Under the pieces are notes generated by a model. That model was not told the DNA's origin. It saw nothing but the letters and a program-made list of their open reading frames with translations, and ran no database searches. Position numbers and translations under genes: made by a program. 64,000 bases of DNA from an uncultured Methanoregulaceae archaeon (lineage in GTDB: Archaea; Halobacteriota; Methanomicrobia; Methanomicrobiales; Methanospirillaceae), in the NCBI GenBank assembly GCA_963737635.1, contig CAVTTL010000001.1:1344001-1408000 (forward strand), read 5' to 3'. Shown here piece by piece: positions 10,033-19,675 of the stretch (positions are counted from its first letter, which is position 1; each line of letters opens with the position of its first letter).

Positions 10033-11652
10033 TCAAGTCAATTGGTGCACCGGTGCATCTTTTCTCATGAGCGTACCGGTCACGAGGTCGCGGGCCGTGA
10101 CGCGCAGTTTTCTTTCCCGGTCGAGCGTGAACGTCAGCTCGAACCGCGGTTCGCCTCTCATCGCCGGCGGATCGGCGATGAGTAATGTAGGCGCCTGTGT
10201 GTTTACCAGGATCGGCCTGCTACCGATGCCGGAATCTCCTTGGGGCCCGACAAGACGAACTCCACCGGCAGTGTCCGAGACGAGCTCAAGTGAAAGCGCA
10301 TGCGCATCCGGCGAGCTCCTGATCTCGTACACAGGGATCCCGAGCCGGGTCTGGCCATCGTAGGCGGCACTGATGGTGACGCGGGCGACTTGGCCTGCGC
10401 TCGGGTAGGGGGCCCCGGAACGCACAAGGAACCGGTACCGGTGCTCCCGGCTTTTTGAGTCCCAGTACCGGAGCGCATAATCGTTTTTGATTTGGGAAGG
10501 TAAAATTGTACGAGGCAGAAAAAGTGCAGTTCCGCGGGCAATGGCATCGAACGGATGATCGGACAGTACAGGTATTCCCGCGTATTTTTTTTTCACGATA
10601 TTCTGGACGGCAGGTATCGCACAACCACGGCCGGTCATCAGGATCGCGACAGGCAGTATCTCTCCGTATCCGTGGGAGGTGGCAGCTGCCCGCGCACAGG
10701 TGATAGTACAATCCAGGATTGACTCAACCCCATGCTCCTTTAGGATCCGGCCAACATCATCCCGGGAAACTCTGACCGGGACCGTTGTTCCGGAAGGCGG
10801 ATCTTCAATCTGGATGATAGCATTGTCTTCAGATGTCAGTTGTCCGTACAGCTCCCCGATCCTGTCATTAATCCCATCACGTAACCTCTTGTTTTTTACT
10901 CCGGTGAACTTTCTGTTGTTCCGGGCGAGTACATCCTGCGCAATCCAGCCATCGACTGCTTTACATCCTGTATTATCGGAAGCAGTACCAATCACCTGCG
11001 GTCCCCTGTCCGGTGCATCATCGAAAAGTACGAAGCGTGCGGTGAAGTCTGTCTCATCCCAGCAGATAATGAGATATACATGCCCTGCTTCCGGAGATAC
11101 CCCGTACCCGGCAACGATGGCAGCCGGTTCGGTGAGCGTGTGCCAGGACCTGATGCCTTGAGCATGAGCAATACCTCCAAGCCATTCGGTGTACCATCCC
11201 GGCGCGTCCGTGGGAATGGCAAAGACCGCCGATGAACACCCGGGATACTCCCGCGTCGCCCGGGCTATAACGGCAGCAAGGAAATCCGCTGCTGCATCGT
11301 GGAATGTGATCCAACGGTCCGCACCGATCGGGATCCGCACCGGGCTTTCCTCCAGCAGGTATCTCCGGATCCATCGCGCGGTTGCGGGATGATCGGCATT
11401 TCCCGCACGCACCACTTCGTCGCCGATGGTCTGGCCCCCATCCTGATCATAATGGATCAATACTGGCACTATGTGGACCGATCTGCCGGTTCCCGCGCCG
11501 GGTACTTCCTGCGACAAGCCGGGAAACTTCTGGGTGTTATACTTGCCATCGTTCCGTATTGAAATGCCGATAACTAGCGAACCGACCCCGAAGTCTATCC
11601 CAAGGCGAACTGCCGGTCTGGGGGATTGTGCGTACCTGCCCACCATGGTCAC
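10033..11652 (-). CDS. Divergent Hsp70/DnaK-like actin-fold protein
   Basis: GIDFG, AVFAIP, EPAA, MTGRGCAIP, AIARG and a C-terminal SBD-like FELTFTLD..RKLRVTARD. Phosphate-2 motif is degenerate. Confidence 0.8.
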   Translation of the reverse strand: MTMVGRYAQSPRPAVRLGIDFGVGSLVIGISIRNDGKYNTQKFPGLSQEVPGAGTGRSVHIVPVLIHYDQDGGQTIGDEVVRAGNADHPATARWIRRYLLEESPVRIPIGADRWITFHDAAADFLAAVIARATREYPGCSSAVFAIPTDAPGWYTEWLGGIAHAQGIRSWHTLTEPAAIVAGYGVSPEAGHVYLIICWDETDFTARFVLFDDAPDRGPQVIGTASDNTGCKAVDGWIAQDVLARNNRKFTGVKNKRLRDGINDRIGELYGQLTSEDNAIIQIEDPPSGTTVPVRVSRDDVGRILKEHGVESILDCTITCARAAATSHGYGEILPVAILMTGRGCAIPAVQNIVKKKYAGIPVLSDHPFDAIARGTALFLPRTILPSQIKNDYALRYWDSKSREHRYRFLVRSGAPYPSAGQVARVTISAAYDGQTRLGIPVYEIRSSPDAHALSLELVSDTAGGVRLVGPQGDSGIGSRPILVNTQAPTLLIADPPAMRGEPRFELTFTLDRERKLRVTARDLVTGTLMRKDAPVHQLT

Positions 11653-14452
11653 CCGGCAATCTGGATATCGTACATTCCGGCGTCCCGGTATGTCGGGCAG
11701 AGTTCAATCTCGTTTTGGAATCTGATGGATAACAGATTACAGAGAAATCTCCACTGGTTCGTCGTGGCATTCGTGCCGGTTGCCTGCTCCTGTTCCCGTG
11801 CGAGAGCAAGGTCAGCAAGGGTAGTCTGTGAAAGGGGCCGCATAAAGGGAACCCGGAAAACATGGATCATCCCATCTATGCCGCTGGTGACAATGCAGTC
11901 TCCACTCTTTATGGCAGCGATTCCGGTGACTGCACCTGCGTGAGCCGGGATGGTCCGGATCAGGAAGTGCCCGTAGAGAGCATAGAACGCAAGGGCGCCA
12001 TGGTTATATCCTGCCGCTATTGCGAGCCCGTCATCAGTGAACGTGAGGGTAGTCGGCCTTCCCGGGATCTGCGGGATCGTCCCGGCGGCGGTTCCTTCAG
12101 GTAGATGGTATAGCCGTATTACGGGATCGGCACCCGCTGCGGCAAGGAAGGTACCATCCCGGGAAATAGCGCAGGCGCTCACTTCATGTTTGGCATCCCG
12201 GAGAACGATACTTTTCTTTTCCCCGTTAAGCTGCCAGATCCTGAGGGTCGTGTCGTTACTCCCGGTCACAAAAAGGCGTCCTTGTGGGTCAATGCAGCAG
12301 CAGGTTATATTGCTCGAATGACCGAGCAGCGTAGCTATCGGTTTCCCACCGGATATACCCCGGATCCTCACTGCTCCGTCCCAGCCGCAGGATATGAATG
12401 TCTCTGTATCCGGTAAGAAAGCAAGGCACCTAGCGGTGGTTGTAAGACTTTCGCATGTGGCAACAAGGCCGCCTTTTGCAAGGTCCCAGATACGGAGACT
12501 TCTGTCTTTCCCGGCACAGGCAAAATATTCCCTGTCAGGGCTGACCGCAAGTGCCCTGACTGACGGCGTGTACACATCAATAGATCTGACAAGGGTGCCG
12601 TCTTCCCGGGAGAAAATGCAAACCCTGCCGTCCGTAGTCCCGGCGACTATTCCGTTGCCAGCCGCGCCGGATGTGAGGGAAAAGGCGGTTACCGCACCGG
12701 CCGGCGCCGGAGTGTACGGAGCAGTTCACCGGAGGGAATGCTTCGGAGGGTGACGGTGCCATCCCCTCCCGCGCTGGCAAGCAGTTTTCCGTCAGGAGAG
12801 ATGACACAGGCAGTAACTGTTTGTCTATATCCCCGGAATTCTTTTATCCGCAGCCTTTCAGGAACGCTGAAAAAGTATATGGTGCCCTCGTTGCAACCGG
12901 CAATCGCCAAAATGCCGTCAGGTGTAAAGGCACAGCATGTCGGAAGGCGGTTGTAAAAGGGGAGTTCTGCTGTCGGGTTCTTCTCTGTCCAGTTCCAGAA
13001 CCGGAGTACGTGATCATTGCTACCGATTGCGGCCCTGCGGTTTTCTGCCGATATCGCGTGGCAGCTGGGATGACCGGAGAACGTGGTGAATGTTCTCACG
13101 GTGATGCCGCTGTTTCCGTCTTTAAGTACGGGGAGGAAACGTTCATACACCACGAAAAGTCTGATCGGCCTGTTCTGTGTACGCGAGAGCCCGGATTGCG
13201 TCACCCGTGCCCGATACGGTCCATGTCTCCACTCCGCTTACAGTGTCTTGGCAGCGGATGGTCCCGTCAGCATAACCACAAGCAATGCTCTTACCCCCAT
13301 GGGCAGGGGAAATGGCAACGACCCGGGAAGGGTGCCCCTGAACTGCCAGCAGCGTTTTACCTGTCCGGCACGCGATGCGGATCGTCTTTCCGCTACTATC
13401 CCCGGCAATAATCTCCTCGCCGTTACCTGACATTGCCACACAGGAAATGGAATGGTCTTTATCAGCGTACGACCAGACTGTGTTTCCTTGGGGAATGCCG
13501 TAGCAGGTGAGCGTGCCGTCGTTCCCTCCGGAGATGATGTAAGAATTGTCAGGTGTGATCGCAAGAAAACCGATGGGTCCGGCGTTTGTGGTGATGGACG
13601 TAATGAGCCGGGCTGATGAGACCTGCCAGATTTCCATCTTCCCGTCGCTGTCAGCCGGCTGCGAGGAGTGTGCCGTCGCGGGAGAATGCAAGATTCAGGC
13701 ACTGGCTATCCTGATTTCCCATTGATACGAGGGGTTTTTCTGACATTGGGGGGATCCACGCTTCCGGCGAGCTCGCGGATCAATTCCTCAAAGACTTGGC
13801 CTTCATCACCACCCGGTCTCCAGCCAGCGATCTTCATGGAGTTCAGTGCCGCGATTGCAAGTGACAGTGGCGCACAAACGACCAGCTGCCACAAGACATC
13901 CCATGCCCGATCTTCGGTCAGGCCTGAGATGACCGCCTCCCACTCGCCATACGACCATCTACGGGCACCACGTGCCGGATCCGTTCCCATCAGTGCACAT
14001 GCAAGAATCCCGCCCATGCCGGTACCGGAGGAATAGTGGAGCGCCCGGGTTTTGATCCTGTCCGGTGCTGCGGCATACCCGCGGGCGAGAAAAGGATGAT
14101 AGGGGTCAGGATCAAGTCGGCACAATGCCTCATGCTGTCCGGTAATATACAAGAAGAGCGCCCGCAATCCCGGCTCCGAGGGAGTATATCCTCTGTCTGT
14201 TGCAATTTTTTCAAGTAACGGATCCTGATGGATCAACACCTCGTTACAGAACACATCGATTGCGTCCGGTGATGAAAGGGCGCCCAAGGTATTGAACGCG
14301 ATCTCCTGTGAATACGCATATGAGTCCGCTCTGGCAAGAGCGGTGAGTTCGCGGACTGCCTCTAGGTTCCCGCTCTTTACCTTATCAATAACGCCGCTCA
14401 ACCGCCGGTACAATAAGGGGCCGATAACCGGAAATGTGGGGGCGATCTTCAT
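11649..14452 (-). CDS. Large protein with N-terminal helical (HEAT-like) region and many WD40 repeats (~930 aa; four frameshifts near 13767, 13651, 13165, 12703)
   Basis: WD40 units (GHSSNITCCCIDPQGRLFVTGSNDTTLRIWQL; LASAGGDGTVTL; ACAGKDRSLRIWDL) span consecutive ORFs and join with single-base corrections. ATGA/GTGA overlaps with both neighbours. Confidence 0.8.
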
Positions 14453-16018
14453 AAAGGTTCACGAGCGCCTGCGTCGAATGTCTCCAGCACAATGGTTTTC
14501 CCATTCCCTGAATGTCGCGCGGCTGCCCGCGATGCAGACTGCGCCCGCCCCTCGGCGAGCCAGGCCCGGAGTACCGCCACCGTCTCCCGCTGCGAGACGG
14601 AAAGAGGCACCTGCGTCTTTATGCAGCAGAGGATATCAGCGGTCGTGACCCGGCGCATGTTTTCGCTGAACGCTTGGTACATTGCGTCGATGATTGTCTG
14701 TTCGATCTCGGCTCCGACATATCCTTCGCTCTCCTGTGCAAGGATATCAAGGTCGAACTCCGTGGGGACACACTTGCGTTTCTTGAGGTGTACAGCGAAG
14801 ATCTCGCGCCGTTCTTCAAGGGTGGGCAGGTCGAGGAAGAAGATCTCGTCGAAACGCCCCTTCCTCAGTAGTTCCGGTGGAAGGGCGGCGATATTGTTCG
14901 CCGTCGCTACCACGAAGCAGGGGGAAGTCTTGTCCTGCATCCATGTGAGGAGATGGGCAAAGACCCGCTGGCTCGTGCCGGCATCCCCGCTGCCAAACGC
15001 GAACGCTTTCTCGATCTCGTCCACCCAGAGAATGCATGGGCTGATCGTCTCGGCAAGCGACAGCGCGCGGCGTGTTCTCTCCTCGGATTCACCGACAAGG
15101 CTGCCAAAGAGCGCCCCCACGTCGAGCCTGAGCAGGGGCAGGTGCCAGAGATCCGCAATCATCTTTGCGGTGAGGCTTTTACCCGTGCCCGGGATGCCGA
15201 TCAGCGCGATGCCTTTGGGTACCGGGAGTCCGAAGTCTCGGGCATCCTGCGTGAACGCCCGCTCGCGCAGGAAAAGCCAGTCCTTGAGAACCGCGAGGCC
15301 TCCGACGTTCTCCAGGGTCTCAGTATAACTGTAAAACTCCAGCGCGTCCGAGGCGCTCAGGATGTCTTTCTTGTCTGCGATGATCGCATCGATGTCCCGG
15401 TCATCCAGGGTACCGTGGGTGACGATCGCCTTTGAGAATGCCCGGCGTGCCTGATTGAGGGTCATGCCAAGGGCTGCCTGAATGATCTTTTCACGACCGG
15501 CAGGCGAAAGCGAACAGGTGATACCGCTTGTGGCGAGCAGGGTGTTGAGGTCTGCAGAGAGCTCGGCCGCTGTGGGTGGAGGGAAATGCACAATTACTGC
15601 CTCGTCCCGGATTTCTTCCGGTACCCGGGTGGTCGGTGTCAGGATCACGATCGTGCGCCGGTTGTACCGGAAAGCCTGGGAGAAATTACGGATGCGTCGT
15701 TTCACCTGGGGGTTGTTCCAGGTACTCGTGGAAATCCTTGAGGATAATAACGGCATCGTCGCCCGTCTTGACGATGTTGTCAAGCGCCGCGAGCGGATCC
15801 CGCGACTGGTTCAGGAAATTCTTATTGCCGGCGATGACAGAAAATCCGTCAACGCTGTCCCACGCAATGCACTGGCGGGGAGGATCCCAGCTCTCGCAGA
15901 CGTTCTGGATTTGTGATACCACTCGTTCTTCTTCCGGGGTGATCACGACGATCAGGGTGACCCGGGCCCGAAGCGAGACGTTGAGCCTGCGGGAGAAATC
16001 GGGTTCGGCAAGATTCAT
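14449..16018 (-). CDS. Ycf46-like AAA+ ATPase (frameshift near 15715)
   Basis: Degenerate N-terminal module (EEER...ILKDFH). Intact Walker A GIPGTGKS, Walker B LWVDEIEK and SRH PPELLRKGRFDEIFF. Confidence 0.88.
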
Positions 16019-16021
16019 AGC

Positions 16022-16420
16022 CTATTTCCACCTCCTGACAACGATGCGCACGGTTCCGTCAATCTCTTCGGTCTCGGAGACAAGGTCAAAGCCATTCGCA
16101 GCAGTCTGTTTGAGTACCATTTTTCTAGCGTATTCTTTCTGGATTGTTTCCGCCTGTTGTTTCAATTCTTCGGCAATCTTTTTCTCGTTTTTTCCTGAAA
16201 TTCCCCACCAGTCCGCGACAAGGTCGTACGTGCCGTCAGGGTTCTTGACAAAGCCAAGCCCGTACGCTTTGTTTGTTTTCGCGGCTATGTCCACGTTGTG
16301 TTGGCCGTGATATCCTTTGATTGTGGTATTGTTTTCAACTGTGTAGCCGAGTTCCTGTAGGCATTGGATCAGTGCCTCGTGATGCCTGAATGTCGTCTTG
16401 ATACGGCTGAAATGCGAGAT
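16022..16420 (-). CDS. DUF1257/Ycf35-like protein, apparent ATC start
   Basis: The frame extends upstream of the listed ORF without stops to (I)SHFSRIKT..L.QCLQELGY. Also GFVKNPDGTYDLVADWW, IQKEYA and GTVRIVVRRW. Confidence 0.8.
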   Translation of the reverse strand: MSHFSRIKTTFRHHEALIQCLQELGYTVENNTTIKGYHGQHNVDIAAKTNKAYGLGFVKNPDGTYDLVADWWGISGKNEKKIAEELKQQAETIQKEYARKMVLKQTAANGFDLVSETEEIDGTVRIVVRRWK

Positions 16421-16424
16421 GGTG

Positions 16425-17062
16425 TCATCCCCCCCGGAAGCAGGAGGCGAGCTGCCGAATCATATGTTTACAGGGAAAACCGGTGATCGTAGCAATACCG
16501 CCGGGTGCAATAGAAAATTCAACCGTTTCACCGTGCGCTTGAGTGCACACATCACCGCGGATGTTTCCGGTCAGCGGAATAATCTGCTGGTTTGACGACC
16601 CGATGTACGGGCTATCGCAGGGCAGGATGTTTACATACGGGCCGGCGATGAGAAGATCCGTGATCTCCAAGAGCCGGTGCCAAGCAGGATCAGTGCTCGA
16701 TGTAAGTTGTTCGTACGTGTATCCCGTATATGTCACGACCGTTCGCCTTGCTCTCCGGATCCGCTCTCCCACATATGCAAGTGCATCTGCCTGTGCGAAG
16801 GGCTCTCCTCCGGAGAACGTGGCGCCATCGATATCTTTGATGCCAAGGATCCGCCGGTGATCTCGTCAGCAGAAACCATATGGACAGGAGAAGACGACCA
16901 GAGTGCCGGGTTGAAACACTCTTTACACCGGATCGGGCACCCCTGCACCCAGATGACGGCCCGGATGCCGGGACCGTTTGCGGTTGACCTCGCAAGAAAA
17001 CCCGCGAGGTTGAGTTCTCTCCTGCGTCGGCATCCGTGATCGTTCATCTGATGCACCATCAT
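16425..17062 (-). CDS. Radical SAM protein, NrdG/organic-radical activase-like (frameshift near 16855)
   Basis: NGPGIRAVIWVQGCPIRCKECFN (CxxxCxxC), TFSGGEPF, YTGYTYE, DLLIAGPY, GSSNQ. Confidence 0.85.
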
Positions 17063-17353
17063 TTTTCCGCCACTACGTCTTGGCTGCTGAAATGATTTCC
17101 GGTTTGTGTGATCGGTGTATCTTATAGTATCACCTAACTATTCCCGGAATGAAAATTACCCTTGGGGACGTGCAAATTAGCATACTTATGAGATACAATC
17201 TGACTATACAGGTTCGATTTTTACCTTTTAATAAGCACTGTTCCGGAGTTTTGGAATTCATAAGGATTTCGATCAGGAAATGCAGGGATGCGCGCAGGAT
17301 CAGATCCCGTTTTCCCGCTCTCTTATAACCATTCGGTAACAATAGATCCGGCA

Positions 17354-18364
17354 GTGAAGGCGACATTTGATGGCACTTCGGTGCTGATCGGTAGAGACGG
17401 GCGGGTGTTGTACGACCAGAGTGGATACGGGCGTCCCGAAGGCGAAGGGGTACGCCTTGCACCGCAGGAAGCATTGTACCTGTTGCACCGCCAGAAGATC
17501 GAAGTCGATGACTATACGTTCGATACCCTTCTTTCCGAATACGCGGACCAGCCCAACTTCCTGCGCAGGTTTCTTGTGTACCGCGATCTACGGGAACGCG
17601 GGTATGTCGTCCAGACCGGTCCCCATGATTACCGGGTATTCCGGCGCGGCGAAAAACCGGGGACCGGGGAATCGCTCTACCTCGTCCGCGTCCTCTCGGA
17701 ACGCGATCCGATCCGGTTTACCAAGTTGATTGAGGAAGTGGTCACGGCAAGAAATATGCGCAAGCAGTATGTCCTCGCGGTTGTCGACGATGAAGAAGAA
17801 CTGACCTATTACGAGATCAAGCTCCAGAAACTGACCGGCTCCGAACTTCCTGCACCTGAAACCGGCACCTGCGATGCAGTGCTGGTAGGCAAGTCTGCGA
17901 TGATCCGGGTACCCCCGCAGTCCGATCTGGAAAAGGCCGGCTTTGGGAAACGGTTAGACGAGGAGCGGCTCATGCTCTCGCCGGTCGAGCTCCTGTACCT
18001 TGCAGGGAGGGGGCTCGTCCGCATTACAAAAGACGGCACTTCTCTGACCGTGGAAGAATTTTTTGCAGCCGCTAAAGAAAGCGACCAGGAACTTGCCGCA
18101 AAAGACAAGGTTTATACCGAGCTGCGCCGGCATGATTTCATTCCCCGGACCGGCTACAAGTTTGGCCATCATTTCCGGGTGTACTGCGGAAAGAATGTGC
18201 ACTCGGATATGCTGGTACATGCAATAGAAAAAGAGGCCGTACTTCCCATGAGTGTCATCTCCCGATCGGTTAGGATGGCGCACAGTGTCAAAAAGAAGAT
18301 GTTGTTTGGCTGTGTACATATCACCGGAATCCAGTTCGTCGAATTCGCGCGGATAAAACTTTGA
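17354..18364 (+). CDS. endA: tRNA-intron endonuclease (euryarchaeal two-repeat type)
   Basis: Two repeats (VYRDLRERGY; VYTELRRHDFIPRTGYKFGHHFRVY) and RMAHSVKKK. Confidence 0.93.
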   Translation: MKATFDGTSVLIGRDGRVLYDQSGYGRPEGEGVRLAPQEALYLLHRQKIEVDDYTFDTLLSEYADQPNFLRRFLVYRDLRERGYVVQTGPHDYRVFRRGEKPGTGESLYLVRVLSERDPIRFTKLIEEVVTARNMRKQYVLAVVDDEEELTYYEIKLQKLTGSELPAPETGTCDAVLVGKSAMIRVPPQSDLEKAGFGKRLDEERLMLSPVELLYLAGRGLVRITKDGTSLTVEEFFAAAKESDQELAAKDKVYTELRRHDFIPRTGYKFGHHFRVYCGKNVHSDMLVHAIEKEAVLPMSVISRSVRMAHSVKKKMLFGCVHITGIQFVEFARIKL

Positions 18365-18412
18365 AATCTCTCTCAAAATTTCCCCTAATCTAGTCCTGTG
18401 AGTGAACCCGGT

Positions 18413-19669
18413 ATGCCAGAATCTTCGATCAATCCATGGTCAAGCACCCCCTCTCTCGACATTGAAAAGACATTTGCCGAGTTTGGCATCGACCCGATCG
18501 CCCCGGTGCTTTCCGAATTGCCCGAGATCCCGTACTTCATGCGACGCGGTATTGTGGTAGGTCAGCGTGACTACCTCCCGATAGCCCGCGCGATACGGAA
18601 CCACACGCCGTTTCATCTCCTGACCGGGTTTATGCCAAGCGGCCACCCGCATCTCGGTCACCTCATGCTTATGAAGGAAGTGGTCTGGCATGTGCAGCAG
18701 AGTGCAAACGGGTACGTGACGATTGCCGACCGGGAAGCCTATGCGGTGAGGGGCCTTTCCTGGGAAAAATGCCGGGAATATGGGAAAGAGTACCTTTCCT
18801 GCCTCTATGCTCTGGGTTTCAAGGGAGAGACCTATTTCCAGAGCAAAAACGACCGGCTCAAGGACCTTGCGTTCGAGGCAGCGACAAAAGTGAATTTTTC
18901 CGAACTTACCGCAATCTATGGGTTTTCTCCGGAGACAGCGCTTGCCCATGCGGATAGCGTCGTTACTCAGGTGGCAGATATCCTGTTCCCGCAGGTCGAG
19001 AGAGAACCGGCCCCGACGTTAGTCCCGGTGGGAATTGATCAGGACCCCCATATCCGGCTAACCCGGGGGATCGCCCACAAGTTCCGGATGTTCACGGTCG
19101 AGGAGCGCGATGGGTACATCAGCGTGCGGTCGAAGAATGCCCCCGAAGCGGCGCTGGACGCGATCAAAAAGGCGTTTCCCCATGCGAAAAAATACGAAGG
19201 CCACGTAGACATCAAGGAGGCAGAATGCGCCGATGTCAGTGCAAAGGCCAGGGAGATTGAGCGAGCCTGTGGCGGGTATGCATTCTATACACCCTCATCC
19301 ACGTATCACATCTTCCTGCCCGGCCTTACCGGTGGCAAGATGTCATCCAGTATTCCCGAGAGCCTGATTACCTTTTTCGAGCCGGAGGCGGCGGTGCGAA
19401 AAAAAGTGATGAGCGGTCTTACCGGTGGCAGGATGACGCTTGAAGAGCAGCGACGGCTTGGCGGTGAACCGGAAAAGTGCACGCTCTTCCTGCTCAACAT
19501 GTTCCATATGGTGACCGACGATGCAAAACTTGCGGAGCTTCGGCGCAAGTGCCGGACGGGCGAGATCACCTGCGGGCAGTGCAAGAAGGAGACCGCAGAC
19601 CGAGTCGTGGCATTTTTAAAAGACTTCAAGGAGAAGATAGACGTGGCAGCAGAGACAATCGAGGTATGA
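18413..19669 (+). CDS. trpS: Tryptophanyl-tRNA synthetase
   Basis: HLGH, VGIDQDPH and KMSSS motifs. Confidence 0.95.
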   Translation: MPESSINPWSSTPSLDIEKTFAEFGIDPIAPVLSELPEIPYFMRRGIVVGQRDYLPIARAIRNHTPFHLLTGFMPSGHPHLGHLMLMKEVVWHVQQSANGYVTIADREAYAVRGLSWEKCREYGKEYLSCLYALGFKGETYFQSKNDRLKDLAFEAATKVNFSELTAIYGFSPETALAHADSVVTQVADILFPQVEREPAPTLVPVGIDQDPHIRLTRGIAHKFRMFTVEERDGYISVRSKNAPEAALDAIKKAFPHAKKYEGHVDIKEAECADVSAKAREIERACGGYAFYTPSSTYHIFLPGLTGGKMSSSIPESLITFFEPEAAVRKKVMSGLTGGRMTLEEQRRLGGEPEKCTLFLLNMFHMVTDDAKLAELRRKCRTGEITCGQCKKETADRVVAFLKDFKEKIDVAAETIEV

Positions 19670-19675
19670 GGGGCG

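Noticed and set aside
13650-13654. In-frame TGA in the WD40 gene as selenocysteine or readthrough
   Set aside because: The downstream WD40 sequence continues in a different frame; removing one base gives GCSDGKMEIW.
14492-15328. Long antisense ORFs (also 159..788, 4376..5239, 29980..30918, 36107..37033)
   Set aside because: Shadows of well-supported genes on the opposite strand with no recognisable motifs.
14449-16018. AAA ATPase as Cdc48, PAN or a contractile-injection-system ATPase
   Set aside because: It has one intact AAA module with a Ycf46-type N-terminus and DUF1257 linkage, and no sheath, tube or baseplate genes are nearby.
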